Below, in pieces: positions 18,040-28,708 of a DNA stretch of 56,320 nt. The DNA comes from a virus (taxonomy: Duplodnaviria; Caudoviricetes), in the IMG/VR virus record IMGVR_UViG_3300001533_000425, positions 1 to 56,320 of that record; one strand, 5' to 3'. Position 1 is the stretch's first letter. Each line of letters opens with the position of its first letter. The translations under genes and the position numbers were made by a program. The notes under the pieces were generated by a model, which was not told the origin of the DNA, did not search any database, and saw nothing but the letters and a program-made list of their open reading frames with translations.

Positions 18040-18879
18040 TTACATCAACTCACTTGTTAAGAATGGTATTATTTCACTCTTTATGTTTTTTAATACCTCA
18101 TTATTATTTTCTACAATATTTAATAATTTTTGATTATTTTCTTTAAATTCATCTGCCAAATACTCATCCCATATCTGAGAAAGAATATATACATATTTTG
18201 GTTTTGATTCCTTCATTCTCATAGTGTTGTAATACCCTTTTTTGAGTTGTATAGAAGACTCATGCCAGTATTTATCCCAGTAAACAATTTCTATTTTTTC
18301 TATTCCTTCTTTTTCAAGTTCAATTAAGTTACCATCATATTTTGGTTTCTTAATTTCAGAAGAATTCGACTGATTATTTACAATATTATAATTATCATAA
18401 TTAAATTGTTTCCAGTCTTTTAATCTATTGTGAAATACATCAAACATTTCTTTTTTATTTTGTTTCCATATATAATCTCTTATTTTTCCGTGAGAAAAAA
18501 TTTCAAAATATCTTTTTGGTGAAACTATTTCTGATCTATGACTCCATATACTTTCAACTCCAAAACCAGCAGAATATAATAATAATTCTTTACCATTTGA
18601 TAATTCTATATTAGTTTTTGTTTTACTACTTCTAATGTTTCTGAATAATTCTCCAATCATAGAATATAATTCTTCATATTGTTTAGCAACACTATCCTTA
18701 GAGGAAGTTAACCTAAAGAATAAATCAAGTTCTTTTTTAATTTCATCATACTTTTCTTCACCAATAAGTTCTTTATAATAATCTTCTTCTATTTCTCCTG
18801 CAAGGTCATCTATATTTCTAATTTTTCTTCGGTAGTTGCTTACATTCCTTTTAAATTTTTCCATTTTTTCTACATACAT
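18040..18879 (-). CDS. Hypothetical protein with terminal coiled coils
   Basis: 279-aa ORF; ends FLTSELM. Confidence 0.7.
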   Translation of the reverse strand: MYVEKMEKFKRNVSNYRRKIRNIDDLAGEIEEDYYKELIGEEKYDEIKKELDLFFRLTSSKDSVAKQYEELYSMIGELFRNIRSSKTKTNIELSNGKELLLYSAGFGVESIWSHRSEIVSPKRYFEIFSHGKIRDYIWKQNKKEMFDVFHNRLKDWKQFNYDNYNIVNNQSNSSEIKKPKYDGNLIELEKEGIEKIEIVYWDKYWHESSIQLKKGYYNTMRMKESKPKYVYILSQIWDEYLADEFKENNQKLLNIVENNNEVLKNIKSEIIPFLTSELM

Positions 18880-18888
18880 TATATCAAC

Positions 18889-19113
18889 TCATAATTTTTC
18901 TGATGCTTTTCTTGCTATTAACTTTTCTATTTCTCCTTCTTTTAAATGAGATTTATGAATTATATGAGTTATTCTATCAGTTTCTCCACCTGTTCCTGAC
19001 CAAGCCCAGAACTCTTCACCTTGTTTAATTACTTTTCCACAAAAAGCACATTTACTTATAGGTGGATGCATTACTTTAAATTCTTCATCCATCACATCAC
19101 AATAGAATTTCAT
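18889..19113 (-). CDS. Small zinc-binding protein
   Basis: CAFC...HKSH. Confidence 0.55.
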   Translation of the reverse strand: MKFYCDVMDEEFKVMHPPISKCAFCGKVIKQGEEFWAWSGTGGETDRITHIIHKSHLKEGEIEKLIARKASEKL

Positions 19114-19114
19114 A

Positions 19115-20374
19115 TTATTCTCTCGGAATAGTTACTACTTCACCAAATGGAAATTGTTCTTCTTCACAATGCCAATTGCCTGCAACAACCCAAATAGTAT
19201 TTATTCCTCTATCATCATCTGGAAATGAAGTATATCCATCTGTGAAATTTATTAGAAGTTTTGTTTGTGGTAAGTTATCTTGTATGAAATCATATACTAC
19301 TATATGGTCTGTTCCACCACCACCTTCTGGTTTTAAATCCATTACATCTTCTGGCTGTGGGTTCTGGAAAGTATATGGGCCATATACATCACAATCACTC
19401 CATAGTATAGTAAGATTTACATTCTGGAATGAACCAATTATACCAAGAACTTCTGAAAGAAACATTTGTAGTTCATCTTCAGATATTGAACCTGATGTAT
19501 CTATATCAACTACAATATCAATAGATTCTTTTGTTACATCTGGTAAGTATATTCCAAGTGCTCTGGATTTTTTATGTGGTTTACTCCAAGTAAAATCAAA
19601 TGGTAATTGATTAGTAATATACTTATAGAGCATATTTCTCCAGTTCATTTTAGTATCGAACATATCACCAAGCATTCTTTCAATTCCTGCTGGAACAGAA
19701 CCTTGCATTTTAGCGTGAGTCGCTGCATCAGTGAATCGTTGTTCCCAATCTATATCTGGTTCTGATTCATTTGGTTTAGAATCTTCACTTTTAATATGCT
19801 CATCAAATTGTTTTTTAGCATCATTTTTTCCCGGACCATCTATAAAGTCTGATACATCAAATCCACCATCACCTTGAGATACATTCCCTTCTGCAATTTC
19901 TTTTTTAATATGTTGATATAGTTCATCATATATTTCTTCAGAAGATTTTTCGTGTATTTCAGTTACATTATGACCAAACACTTCTAATTCGTGATGTTCT
20001 GGATAGAATACATCAGGTGGTAATGTAAGATTAGATTCAAGTATAGTATCGTTAATTATAATGTCATTAGCAATATTCCATAATTTATGATGTCTTTCAG
20101 ATTTTCTACCCATATGGTCAAGAGCACAGTGCATAACTTCGTGACAAAGGATTCCTTTTAGTTCTTCATCATTTAACTTATCTACAAACTTTGGATTATA
20201 ATATAAATTACCATTACCATCAACACCCATAGTAGGAACTTCATTTTCATCCTTTTTATGTAATTGTAAAGACATAACTAAATAGCCAAAAAATGGTTCT
20301 CTTTTACCTAATTTAACTCTTGCCTTTATGATTCTATCTTCTGCATTTAAATTACCACCAATACTGAGTGCCAT
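19115..20374 (-). CDS. Metallopeptidase-like plus vWA domain protein (DUF2201-type)
   Basis: HEVMH zincin motif; MIDAS DTSGS, GGGTD, FTDG. Confidence 0.85.
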   Translation of the reverse strand: MALSIGGNLNAEDRIIKARVKLGKREPFFGYLVMSLQLHKKDENEVPTMGVDGNGNLYYNPKFVDKLNDEELKGILCHEVMHCALDHMGRKSERHHKLWNIANDIIINDTILESNLTLPPDVFYPEHHELEVFGHNVTEIHEKSSEEIYDELYQHIKKEIAEGNVSQGDGGFDVSDFIDGPGKNDAKKQFDEHIKSEDSKPNESEPDIDWEQRFTDAATHAKMQGSVPAGIERMLGDMFDTKMNWRNMLYKYITNQLPFDFTWSKPHKKSRALGIYLPDVTKESIDIVVDIDTSGSISEDELQMFLSEVLGIIGSFQNVNLTILWSDCDVYGPYTFQNPQPEDVMDLKPEGGGGTDHIVVYDFIQDNLPQTKLLINFTDGYTSFPDDDRGINTIWVVAGNWHCEEEQFPFGEVVTIPRE

Positions 20375-20616
20375 TATTCATCATCCTCTTCTATATCTTC
20401 TATATATACATCTTGAACTCTATATAAACCATTCTGTTCTTTAATTAGTCTATCTGCAATTCCTTGTTTTATATTATCTGAATCAGGCATATCACCTTCA
20501 AAAGTTAATTTTATTTTGTATGTAATAGTGCCAGATTTAGGAGTTGGAAGTTCATCTTCATCCAACTCCTCATCATCTTCCCAAGATACTGTTGCTTTAT
20601 ATAATGTATTTGCCAT
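20374..20616 (-). CDS. Small acidic protein
   Basis: ORF between ATPase and vWA genes. Confidence 0.55.
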   Translation of the reverse strand: MANTLYKATVSWEDDEELDEDELPTPKSGTITYKIKLTFEGDMPDSDNIKQGIADRLIKEQNGLYRVQDVYIEDIEEDDE

Positions 20617-21739
20617 ATTCTACACCAACTTCCTTTTTCCAGATATCAATTTTATTAATGTTGTTAATGAAAGATGTTCTGTGTTTATTCTTAGCCATTC
20701 TCAAGAGCAGAATTGCAAATTCTTTTTGGATATGTGTAGATATTTCAAGAAGTGTTTCAAGGTCTTTCTTCTTATAGTTTTTATCATACCATTCAGATAT
20801 TAAAGAAATTAGTGAATATTTCATATCCATTTCTTTAATTTCACTTGCTTTTTCTGGATTCTTAAGAATATCTTGTAAGTTAATTTTCTTTTTAAGTTTA
20901 ATGAATGATGTAAATTCTTGTGCTGCTTTACTACCAACTGATGATGATACAAGAGTTCTTATTCTTCTGAGTTGTTCATTAGTATCGTCTGGTAATCCTT
21001 TAATTAACTTATTAGCAAATTCTCCCCAACTTCTTGGAGTTGGAAATGCTTTTTCCTTAGACTTAGTATCGAAGTCAAATAACAACGGTGGTCTATATTT
21101 AAGAAATGTAATGATTCTTGAATCAACATCTTTCTCCATTGCCCATTCAGTCCAATCATCAATATGTGGAACTTTTAATTGACAGTGACAGAATCTGTTT
21201 TGTAAAGGTTTTGGCAAGTCATATACATTTGCTTTATCTTCTATTCGATTACCTGCCCCAATAATAAATACATCAGGTGAAATAGCAACTTCACCAATTG
21301 CTTTATCATTAATTATCTGGTATGCAGATGCTTGTATAGATGGTGGAGCAAGATTTAATTCATCAAAAAACAACACACCATTTGCATCCTTTTGTGAAAT
21401 AACATATACCCAGAAAGGAACTTTCCATTCAACAGATTCTTTTCCGTTGAGGTCTGGTAATCCCCGTAAGTCACTTGGATCCATTTGGGACAAGCGTATA
21501 TCAATGAAGATATAATACTTATCAAGCGAATCAAGTAACGAGTGCTTTTCTTTTCTTGATAGTTTATTCCACATTACAAATTCTTTACCTAATTCATCTG
21601 CTTTTTTTCTGGAAATTTCTTCTACTGTTTGAGATTTACCAATACCAGTAGTTCCCCAAACATATAGAGAATTCCCTGCTCTCATATTATCTTCAATATG
21701 AGATTTCAATTCTTCGTGGTCTAATTTTATTTCTGACAT
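20597..21739 (-). CDS. MoxR-like AAA+ ATPase
   Basis: GTTGIGKS, DLRGLP, FFDELN, AGN, NRF, TPRSW; paired with a vWA gene. Confidence 0.88.
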   Translation of the reverse strand: MSEIKLDHEELKSHIEDNMRAGNSLYVWGTTGIGKSQTVEEISRKKADELGKEFVMWNKLSRKEKHSLLDSLDKYYIFIDIRLSQMDPSDLRGLPDLNGKESVEWKVPFWVYVISQKDANGVLFFDELNLAPPSIQASAYQIINDKAIGEVAISPDVFIIGAGNRIEDKANVYDLPKPLQNRFCHCQLKVPHIDDWTEWAMEKDVDSRIITFLKYRPPLLFDFDTKSKEKAFPTPRSWGEFANKLIKGLPDDTNEQLRRIRTLVSSSVGSKAAQEFTSFIKLKKKINLQDILKNPEKASEIKEMDMKYSLISLISEWYDKNYKKKDLETLLEISTHIQKEFAILLLRMAKNKHRTSFINNINKIDIWKKEVGVEYGKYII

Positions 21740-21748
21740 ATTTTCCTC

Positions 21749-22372
21749 CTATAATTTATTACTTATTTCATATACATATATTTCTTTTGCTTTTTTCTCA
21801 TTATACTTTATTGCATTTTTCTTTTTTCTTATTTTATTTATTAAGTCTATTGCTTTATCAACTGGAATCTGATGTGTATTTAAATAACCATCATTATTTG
21901 AAATTGTATATGCTAAATATCCACCTTTCTTTCTATATACTACAACTGCTCCAAATGGTGATATAGCATATAAATCTGGTTCATCAAGAATATGATTCTC
22001 TATTGAAACAGAAGAACCATAAGATACTGTATAGTAATTATATTTTCTTGAAATATCAACTTCTTGCATAATATCTAAGATACAATTCCTTTTGTATTTT
22101 TTATCTTTTATTTCTTTACCGTGTTCATTAACAAATTCTTCTAATATACTATCATTTTTATTTGAGATATATAATGGTGGATATATCCTTCTTCTTGAAA
22201 GAATGAAATAATATCCATCTTTTTTGTATCTATATAGAAAATCTTTATATGCAGTTAAATCCCAATAATTTAATGAAGAATTTTTATTATCTTTTCTAAC
22301 TATTCTTTTTCCGTGGTCATATATAAGTTTTAATTCATCATTTTCTTTTATAACTTTCCCAATAGTAATCAC
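21749..22372 (-). CDS. Hypothetical protein
   Basis: ORF track; ends EISNKL. Confidence 0.6.
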   Translation of the reverse strand: MITIGKVIKENDELKLIYDHGKRIVRKDNKNSSLNYWDLTAYKDFLYRYKKDGYYFILSRRRIYPPLYISNKNDSILEEFVNEHGKEIKDKKYKRNCILDIMQEVDISRKYNYYTVSYGSSVSIENHILDEPDLYAISPFGAVVVYRKKGGYLAYTISNNDGYLNTHQIPVDKAIDLINKIRKKKNAIKYNEKKAKEIYVYEISNKL

Positions 22373-22501
22373 CTTCTATAACAGTTTTCAGTATTCCATT
22401 ATCATCAAAGATAATTGCAAATCTATTGTCTGCCATTTTTATAATATGTTTTACTTCACCATTACCAAGTTCACTTTTTATATAATCTCCAATTTCTACC
22501 A

Positions 22502-23008
22502 TTATAACACCATAGGTGTAACAATATTAACAAAATTCTGTTCATTAAAACCTTCTATTTTTAATTCGATACTTCCTATTGTATCTATTTTGCTAAAATT
22601 TTCATTTGTGATTCTATATATGTATGTGGTTTTTTGTTCAGAAAACTTACTTAACCAATTACTGATATTTTCTAATTCATTTGAGCCACTTGAATATATA
22701 TTCTTTGAGGTATTAGTTCCTAAAGAAAACTCAACATCCTGAATTCCTTTTCTATTATTAAGAATATTTCTTATTAAATCGTGTATCCCCCAATTAAAAC
22801 TCAAACTAACTAATCTAAGAAAGTGTAAGAAATAGGCATCCTTACCATATACATCTCTAATTTCTTTTGTTAATTGCTTAATAGGAAGTTTAAGTCTAAA
22901 ACGACCTGAATATACTCCAGTGTTAGTAATATATAATGGAAAATTTATTGGTCTATGATAGTTTCCATTATGCATTACGAACTTTAATTTACCTATTTCT
23001 TTATCCAT
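22502..23008 (-). CDS. Hypothetical protein
   Basis: ORF track; GGTGA SD; ends IVTPMVL. Confidence 0.65.
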   Translation of the reverse strand: MDKEIGKLKFVMHNGNYHRPINFPLYITNTGVYSGRFRLKLPIKQLTKEIRDVYGKDAYFLHFLRLVSLSFNWGIHDLIRNILNNRKGIQDVEFSLGTNTSKNIYSSGSNELENISNWLSKFSEQKTTYIYRITNENFSKIDTIGSIELKIEGFNEQNFVNIVTPMVL

Positions 23009-23012
23009 TACA

Positions 23013-23309
23013 TCACCTGAACATTACATCTTGATTTTCTTTTTCATTGTTCTTATTAATTGAAATTTGTTTTGCTATTTCTTTTATATCGTATTCATCA
23101 GATATTGCTCTAGTCAATGATTCCTTCAAGATATAATGAGTTGCCATTGTTTCCATTTCTTTACTATTAAACTCATTTGATATTACTTTACGCAATTCTT
23201 CTTCATCATCAAACTCATCGTCAAGTATTCTATTATATAAGTTTTGTAGTTTTTCTTCAAGTTCTTTTCTACTTTTTTTGCTTTTCTTTCCAAATATTTT
23301 TTCTAACAT
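23013..23309 (-). CDS. Hypothetical helical protein
   Basis: ORF track. Confidence 0.6.
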   Translation of the reverse strand: MLEKIFGKKSKKSRKELEEKLQNLYNRILDDEFDDEEELRKVISNEFNSKEMETMATHYILKESLTRAISDEYDIKEIAKQISINKNNEKENQDVMFR

Positions 23310-23312
23310 ATT

Positions 23313-23603
23313 CTACTCCAATGCTAATTTTGTATTTAATCCCAATCTTTTTAGAAGTCTACCAGTTGCAATTGTTCTACCAAGAGTTTTATTATATACA
23401 TCTTTTTCAGAACATTCTGCTAATCCATATTCAATTGGCTTTTCTTCATCACCAATAAACGCAATTGTTCTTCCACCCTTTGGTTTAATATGATAATATA
23501 TTCCATTTAAAAGTTCTTCTTTTGTTGGTTCAGACCAGCGTCTTTGATGGATATACTTTACTTTATATTCTTTTTCTTTATACTCTATTTTTTCTAAACA
23601 CAT
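23313..23603 (-). CDS. Hypothetical virus protein
   Basis: GG.T.A...G.A.CS..D.Y.K..GR.IA.GR pattern familiar from phage proteins. Confidence 0.65.
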   Translation of the reverse strand: MCLEKIEYKEKEYKVKYIHQRRWSEPTKEELLNGIYYHIKPKGGRTIAFIGDEEKPIEYGLAECSEKDVYNKTLGRTIATGRLLKRLGLNTKLALE

Positions 23604-23607
23604 ATGT

Positions 23608-23802
23608 TCATCTCCAATCTTGTGGTTCTATATCTACTAATACTTCTCCTGCAAAGTATAACGGAACATCTTCAAATATTACTTCTTCTCCGTTTATTAT
23701 TTTCTCTGCAATTTCTAGTCTTTCTTTTCTACTATATGCAGAAAAGTCTATGAATACTTCGTCTTCAAATTCTGTTTCTACCCAAGTTTCAAATTCTGCC
23801 AT
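23608..23802 (-). CDS. Small acidic protein
   Basis: GGAGG SD; ORF track. Confidence 0.6.
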   Translation of the reverse strand: MAEFETWVETEFEDEVFIDFSAYSRKERLEIAEKIINGEEVIFEDVPLYFAGEVLVDIEPQDWR

Positions 23803-24107
23803 TTTTCATTCCTCCTTATGTTTTTTTAAGAATCAATATATAAATAGTTCTGCAATTAATATACCAACTACAATACCATAAAAGAATGTATTTAATGTCT
23901 TGTAATTGTCATCTATCCATTCAAAGAATTTTTTAATCATAATGCCTCCGATATGAATTCAGTATATGTCATTTCTTTTCTATCATCCCAAATATCTCTT
24001 CCTACATCAAGTATGCAATATGTTTCATCCATAATATCATATCCACTTATTGATGCTCCCTTGTTACCAGAACGGAAAGTTGCCCAGCTCAGAAAGGCTT
24101 TCAGCGT

Positions 24108-24320
24108 TTATATCATTCGTGCTACAAATTCATTGTATGTTAATTCTTCTATATTATCTAGTTTATCTTTAAGTACGGATATCACAGCCCACATATCATT
24201 TACTATATCTCTGCCCGTAAATGTATAAAACATTGGATAATCATATACCTCATTAAAAACATAATAATCTTTATCAATTTTATAAATTTTAATATTCACC
24301 ATAGAATTCAAGCCAATCAC
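24108..24320 (-). CDS. Hypothetical protein
   Basis: ORF track; ends EFVARMI. Confidence 0.55.
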   Translation of the reverse strand: MIGLNSMVNIKIYKIDKDYYVFNEVYDYPMFYTFTGRDIVNDMWAVISVLKDKLDNIEELTYNEFVARMI

Positions 24321-24723
24321 ATCCTAACTTTTCCATATGTATAACATATGCATAAATCATTGCCCAGTAATTTAGATTATCATTCATTAAATTATTTATT
24401 AATTTATTTACATTATCTGTGAATCCATTATAAATAATTGCATCTTTATTCATAAATCTTTCATTCCAATGCTTTACACATTCTATTCTTGTTGCTGAAA
24501 ATTCATTTCCAAAAAAATTTACTATAATTGTTTCATCTAAATATTCTTTTAATTTTTTAATATCAGATTTATCTAATCTTAAGACATCTCCATCTCCATC
24601 TTCATTATATGTAATAGAACCAATGCCAAGTTCTTCTGCTATTCTACTTTGTTCGCTATCTTGTTCAGCAAATACATATTTCCAAACAACTTCTCCATTA
24701 CTATCATATACATATCTTCCCAT
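24289..24723 (-). CDS. Hypothetical protein
   Basis: ORF track, GGAG SD. Confidence 0.65.
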   Translation of the reverse strand: MGRYVYDSNGEVVWKYVFAEQDSEQSRIAEELGIGSITYNEDGDGDVLRLDKSDIKKLKEYLDETIIVNFFGNEFSATRIECVKHWNERFMNKDAIIYNGFTDNVNKLINNLMNDNLNYWAMIYAYVIHMEKLGCDWLEFYGEY

Positions 24724-24724
24724 T

Positions 24725-25000
24725 TCAATCTTCTCCTAATCTTTTTTCAATTGTTGGTGGCATATCTTCTAATGGAATATCTACTAATCTTCCTTTATAT
24801 AATCCATCTGTATATTCTACTGTATATATAATGCCACTAATTGTGTTTGAATCTTTTCTTTTATTAATTACTTTGAATTTACAGTATTCATCCCTATCCC
24901 AAGTATATTCTTTGTTTAATTGATATAGAATCAAATCCCAATTCTTTTCTATACCAGCATTTTGTAAAATCTTTTTTACTTGTTCATCTATATTATTCAT
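24725..25000 (-). CDS. Hypothetical protein
   Basis: ORF track. Confidence 0.6.
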   Translation of the reverse strand: MNNIDEQVKKILQNAGIEKNWDLILYQLNKEYTWDRDEYCKFKVINKRKDSNTISGIIYTVEYTDGLYKGRLVDIPLEDMPPTIEKRLGED

Positions 25001-25260
25001 TATACCACACCATAGTTTTTTGTATTGTGTTATATGTATCTATAATCTTCACATCCATTTCCATATTTATAATACCATTCGTGGTAATGTTTCATACAGA
25101 ACTTATGCTTTCTTACTGAAATTATTGCATTTTCTTTACAATCATTTACTTCACACTTCATCCATATCACCCTTCAGAAAGCACAGAAACGGCTCTCTAA
25201 GGCAAAAACTATTGCATCTAATGGTTTACTACCAGTTATGATTTATACTGTTAATTCTCA

Positions 25261-25542
25261 TCATATTATAAATGCAAGTATTTCAATTTCATTTTCTATA
25301 ATCCATACATTATCATCATCAAATAAATATATTATATCTCCTTCGTCTACTGTAAAAGAATAGTCATTATCAGGGAATATTGGTTTAATAACTTCACATA
25401 TAACATACTGTTCTAAGATACTTGATACTTTCTTACTTATTATAGTTCCATAAAATGGTTGAGTATCTCTATAATCTTCTGGAAACACAAGTATATTAGT
25501 TCCATATTTTTCTTTTAAGTTTTTAACTGAAGTTCTCTTCAT
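25261..25542 (-). CDS. Hypothetical protein
   Basis: ORF track; ends EILAFII. Confidence 0.6.
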   Translation of the reverse strand: MKRTSVKNLKEKYGTNILVFPEDYRDTQPFYGTIISKKVSSILEQYVICEVIKPIFPDNDYSFTVDEGDIIYLFDDDNVWIIENEIEILAFII

Positions 25543-25850
25543 AGTAAACCAATTCCAGAACTATCAATTCTGTTTTTACATATATAGTCAAGTCCACTAT
25601 TAGCATATTCTCCGTGTTCATTAAACATAACCATATGCAAGAATTCGTGTGATATTGTAGATACTACATCAATTGGATATAATATATAAATTGTATTGGT
25701 ATCTGGTGAGTAGCAACCATAATCATCTACTTGCTCCCATATTGCATATTCAAATTCATCATTTGGTAATGTTTTAATTCTTGTTCCATCAATCATAATA
25801 CCACAGATATTAACATAAACTTTTCTTCTGCTGTCAATTCTCTTAACCAA
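25539..25850 (-). CDS. Small zincin-like protein
   Basis: HEFLH (HExxH) preceded by G.Y...TIYI. Confidence 0.6.
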   Translation of the reverse strand: MVKRIDSRRKVYVNICGIMIDGTRIKTLPNDEFEYAIWEQVDDYGCYSPDTNTIYILYPIDVVSTISHEFLHMVMFNEHGEYANSGLDYICKNRIDSSGIGLL

Positions 25851-26080
25851 TCTTCGTAATATCCATATGTAGAATCATTCCATCTCTCTTTCTTTTCTTC
25901 ATATACTTCTACAATATATACTGGATAATCAAACTCCTCTCCAAAAATGTATCCTTTATTTCCTATGTCTTTTATGATGCCATAACATCCATTGAATTTA
26001 TCCATTTCTTTTTTAAAAGAAAGCATTCTTCCTTCTCTATATTTTGGCTTTTTTATAATTACATAATCACCAATATTCAT
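25793..26080 (-). CDS. IGD-family small beta-barrel-like protein
   Basis: MNIGDYV; GGTGA SD; ends MLISVVL. Confidence 0.6.
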   Translation of the reverse strand: MNIGDYVIIKKPKYREGRMLSFKKEMDKFNGCYGIIKDIGNKGYIFGEEFDYPVYIVEVYEEKKERWNDSTYGYYEDWLRELTAEEKFMLISVVL

Positions 26081-26173
26081 AAATTCACCTATGGAAAAAT
26101 TAATATAAGATATATAATTAATACTATCAATAAACTCAATACTAAAAGCAAATCTTTATCTTCTCTTTTCATA

Positions 26174-26245
26174 CGCCCCCATTGGGAATCGAACCCAAAT
26201 CTAAAGGTTAGAAGCCTTTTGTGCTATCCGTTACACTATAAGGGC
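26174..26245 (-). tRNA. tRNA-Arg(TCT)
   Basis: GCCCTTA/TGGGGGC, AAAGG-CTTCTAA-CCTTT, TTGGG-TTCGATT-CCCAA. Confidence 0.92.
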
Positions 26246-26518
26246 AACTCATCCTCATGTTTCACTACTCATAATATATTACCTATGTTGGATTGATAAC
26301 CATACATCCACTTTTTGATATTCTATTTATATTTAATTGATTACTACATTCGTGGCATATATGATTATTTTCTTCCCATATTTTTTTAGAAATGTGCTTG
26401 GCACATATTTCACATAACATTTCATCACTACACTATTTAGATTCTATATAAATCTCCATTACATTCTTGACATTTATTTTTAGTTGTTCTAAATACTTTT
26501 TCACATTTAATACATTGT

Positions 26519-26782
26519 TTAAGCATATTCTAATACACCTTTTGATAAGTCAAGAACAGTATCTAATTCAATAACACCATCATATTCTTCACCTATTTGT
26601 TTTCCATATATTTCTTTACCACAAACAGCATCATATATATCATCAGTTACATCATCAGATATACGAATTGATAGATAACCCCAGCGATACCTAATATATA
26701 TTGCTTTACCATTTTCTAAAAATCCTTCCCATTGTGAAGGACAAGCAAAGCAAGTTTTTTCTATTGTTTTTATTTTATACAT
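26519..26782 (-). CDS. Hypothetical protein
   Basis: TCFACPSQWEG...YIRYRWGYL motif. Confidence 0.65.
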   Translation of the reverse strand: MYKIKTIEKTCFACPSQWEGFLENGKAIYIRYRWGYLSIRISDDVTDDIYDAVCGKEIYGKQIGEEYDGVIELDTVLDLSKGVLEYA

Positions 26783-26783
26783 T

Positions 26784-28688
26784 TTAATTCAACAATCCTA
26801 TAATCATTTCTTTATCTACATTTTCAGGTGATAAATCTATATCTGCATCTTCTGGATTATCAACAGGAATAGCCCCAGATTCCCATAATATATCATTAAG
26901 TGAAATCATATTTGTATAGTAGTCAATTAAATATTGTCTTAAGTTTTTTGTGTTTTCATTTAATGATGATGTAATACTTCTACCAATATTCATTTCATTG
27001 AAATAGAATTTACACCCATCATCATCAACTACTACAAGTCCTATTGCAGTTTGTTGTTTATCTATATTTGATTGAGTAATTGCAAGAATATTGTTTTGGT
27101 TTAAGGTATAATTTTTATCCATAACTAATGGATTGTCTTGTCCTATCATAATCTTATATGATACATCTTTATCTTCAACCCACGGATAGTTATAATAATT
27201 GAGCATCATTAAATATACCTTTTCTTGCTTTCCAGATATATAGTATAGTTCACTTGCCCCATTAGGTTTAGGGGCATCTGTAATATCACCAGAAAACATT
27301 GTAGTTCTTTCTGTATTTCTATAAGAACTATCCCATCCAAGTTTACCTGTAATACTTAACAATGATAAATCCAAATCTACTCTACTATTTTCAGTATTAG
27401 TCCAATGGACACCTGCAATCATATCTTTATCTGTTTTTATATATGTTCCTGTTGGTATATTACCTGTAAATTGTTTTTCTGTTGATGGAAGTGCATATAC
27501 TATATTGTCTGGAATGTATATCTTTTTACCATATACATTTTTAGATACTGATTGTCTTATATCTCTTAATACAACTTCAAGTATATCTTTAGCATAATCT
27601 TTATCTTCAAAATCAAATTCAGTAGTATATGTTTTACCATTTCTAATTCTGTATGCAATACTTCGTAAATCATCTTTAGTTCTATAATGTAGTGCATATG
27701 CTAATCTAATCTTTCTGAAAGTATTTGCTTTTCTTAAATGCTTTTTAAGTTCTGGAACTACTATTGGAATTCCATTCTTAATCATTCCTGTTACATCATT
27801 AAGATAATCTCTTGGCATTGGTTTATGGTATTTATCTGCAAGTTTTCTAATTCTGTTTATATAATGGTTTAATTGTGAGTTTGTTTTAAATGCAAGAAAT
27901 ATAGGTTTAAATCTGAAGAATATTTCTGCAAGTCTTTTAAGACCATACTTGTTTTTATATCTATGAACAAGTGCAAGAATATCAAAATTCTCTCTATTCT
28001 TTATAGTTTCAATTGTTTTAGAATCTTTTATAAGTAGAGAACTTTCTGTTGCTTTATATACAAGATACCTTAAAAATTCAATAGGTTCTTCTGGTATCTC
28101 ATCAAGAAAATCATATAGAGTAATTCTAACTTCTTTATTATTAATCTTCTTTATATCATCTTGTTTTATATCGAGATAAAGAGCAACATCTACTACTGCA
28201 TTTTTAGTATCATCTTTTAATGCAATACCACTTTGCAGTAGTGTAATAAGTTTTTGTTTTAATTCATCATTAGTAATTCCTTTTATAATAACAAGTTTAA
28301 TTTTATCTTCATCTATATTAGGAACATCCAATTCTTCAGATGGAATATATACAGTGTCCTTATTATATATTCCTAATTCATCATATCCATATGTAGTAAT
28401 ATAATGAAGAATTTGTTCAATGAATAATTGCATATCTGAAGCATTTTTTACTTTATTCCAAGACTTATGGAATGAAGAATTTGCTTGTTCACCAGATATA
28501 CCATATAGTGATTTACATTCTTTAAGTATTACTTCAAGAACATCTTCACTATAATGATTTATAACAGATGGTGAGAATAAAAAGCCATATTCTATTGTCC
28601 TTTTATTCCATTTATTTACTTTACTATTTGTTCTGGTATTCTTATGTTCTATTGGAACTGCCTTAAATAATTTTATTATAGATTTCAT
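26784..28688 (-). CDS. Large helical protein with C-terminal TerD-like domain (putative Ro/TROVE-like RNA-binding protein)
   Basis: Helical basic N-terminal ~400 aa; C-terminal GVHW...VDLDLS...GW...FSGDITDAP...GASE resembles the TerD fold; GGTGA SD; structured RNA array immediately upstream. Confidence 0.55.
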   Translation of the reverse strand: MKSIIKLFKAVPIEHKNTRTNSKVNKWNKRTIEYGFLFSPSVINHYSEDVLEVILKECKSLYGISGEQANSSFHKSWNKVKNASDMQLFIEQILHYITTYGYDELGIYNKDTVYIPSEELDVPNIDEDKIKLVIIKGITNDELKQKLITLLQSGIALKDDTKNAVVDVALYLDIKQDDIKKINNKEVRITLYDFLDEIPEEPIEFLRYLVYKATESSLLIKDSKTIETIKNRENFDILALVHRYKNKYGLKRLAEIFFRFKPIFLAFKTNSQLNHYINRIRKLADKYHKPMPRDYLNDVTGMIKNGIPIVVPELKKHLRKANTFRKIRLAYALHYRTKDDLRSIAYRIRNGKTYTTEFDFEDKDYAKDILEVVLRDIRQSVSKNVYGKKIYIPDNIVYALPSTEKQFTGNIPTGTYIKTDKDMIAGVHWTNTENSRVDLDLSLLSITGKLGWDSSYRNTERTTMFSGDITDAPKPNGASELYYISGKQEKVYLMMLNYYNYPWVEDKDVSYKIMIGQDNPLVMDKNYTLNQNNILAITQSNIDKQQTAIGLVVVDDDGCKFYFNEMNIGRSITSSLNENTKNLRQYLIDYYTNMISLNDILWESGAIPVDNPEDADIDLSPENVDKEMIIGLLN

Positions 28689-28708
28689 TTATTTCACCTA
28701 TGAAAAGT

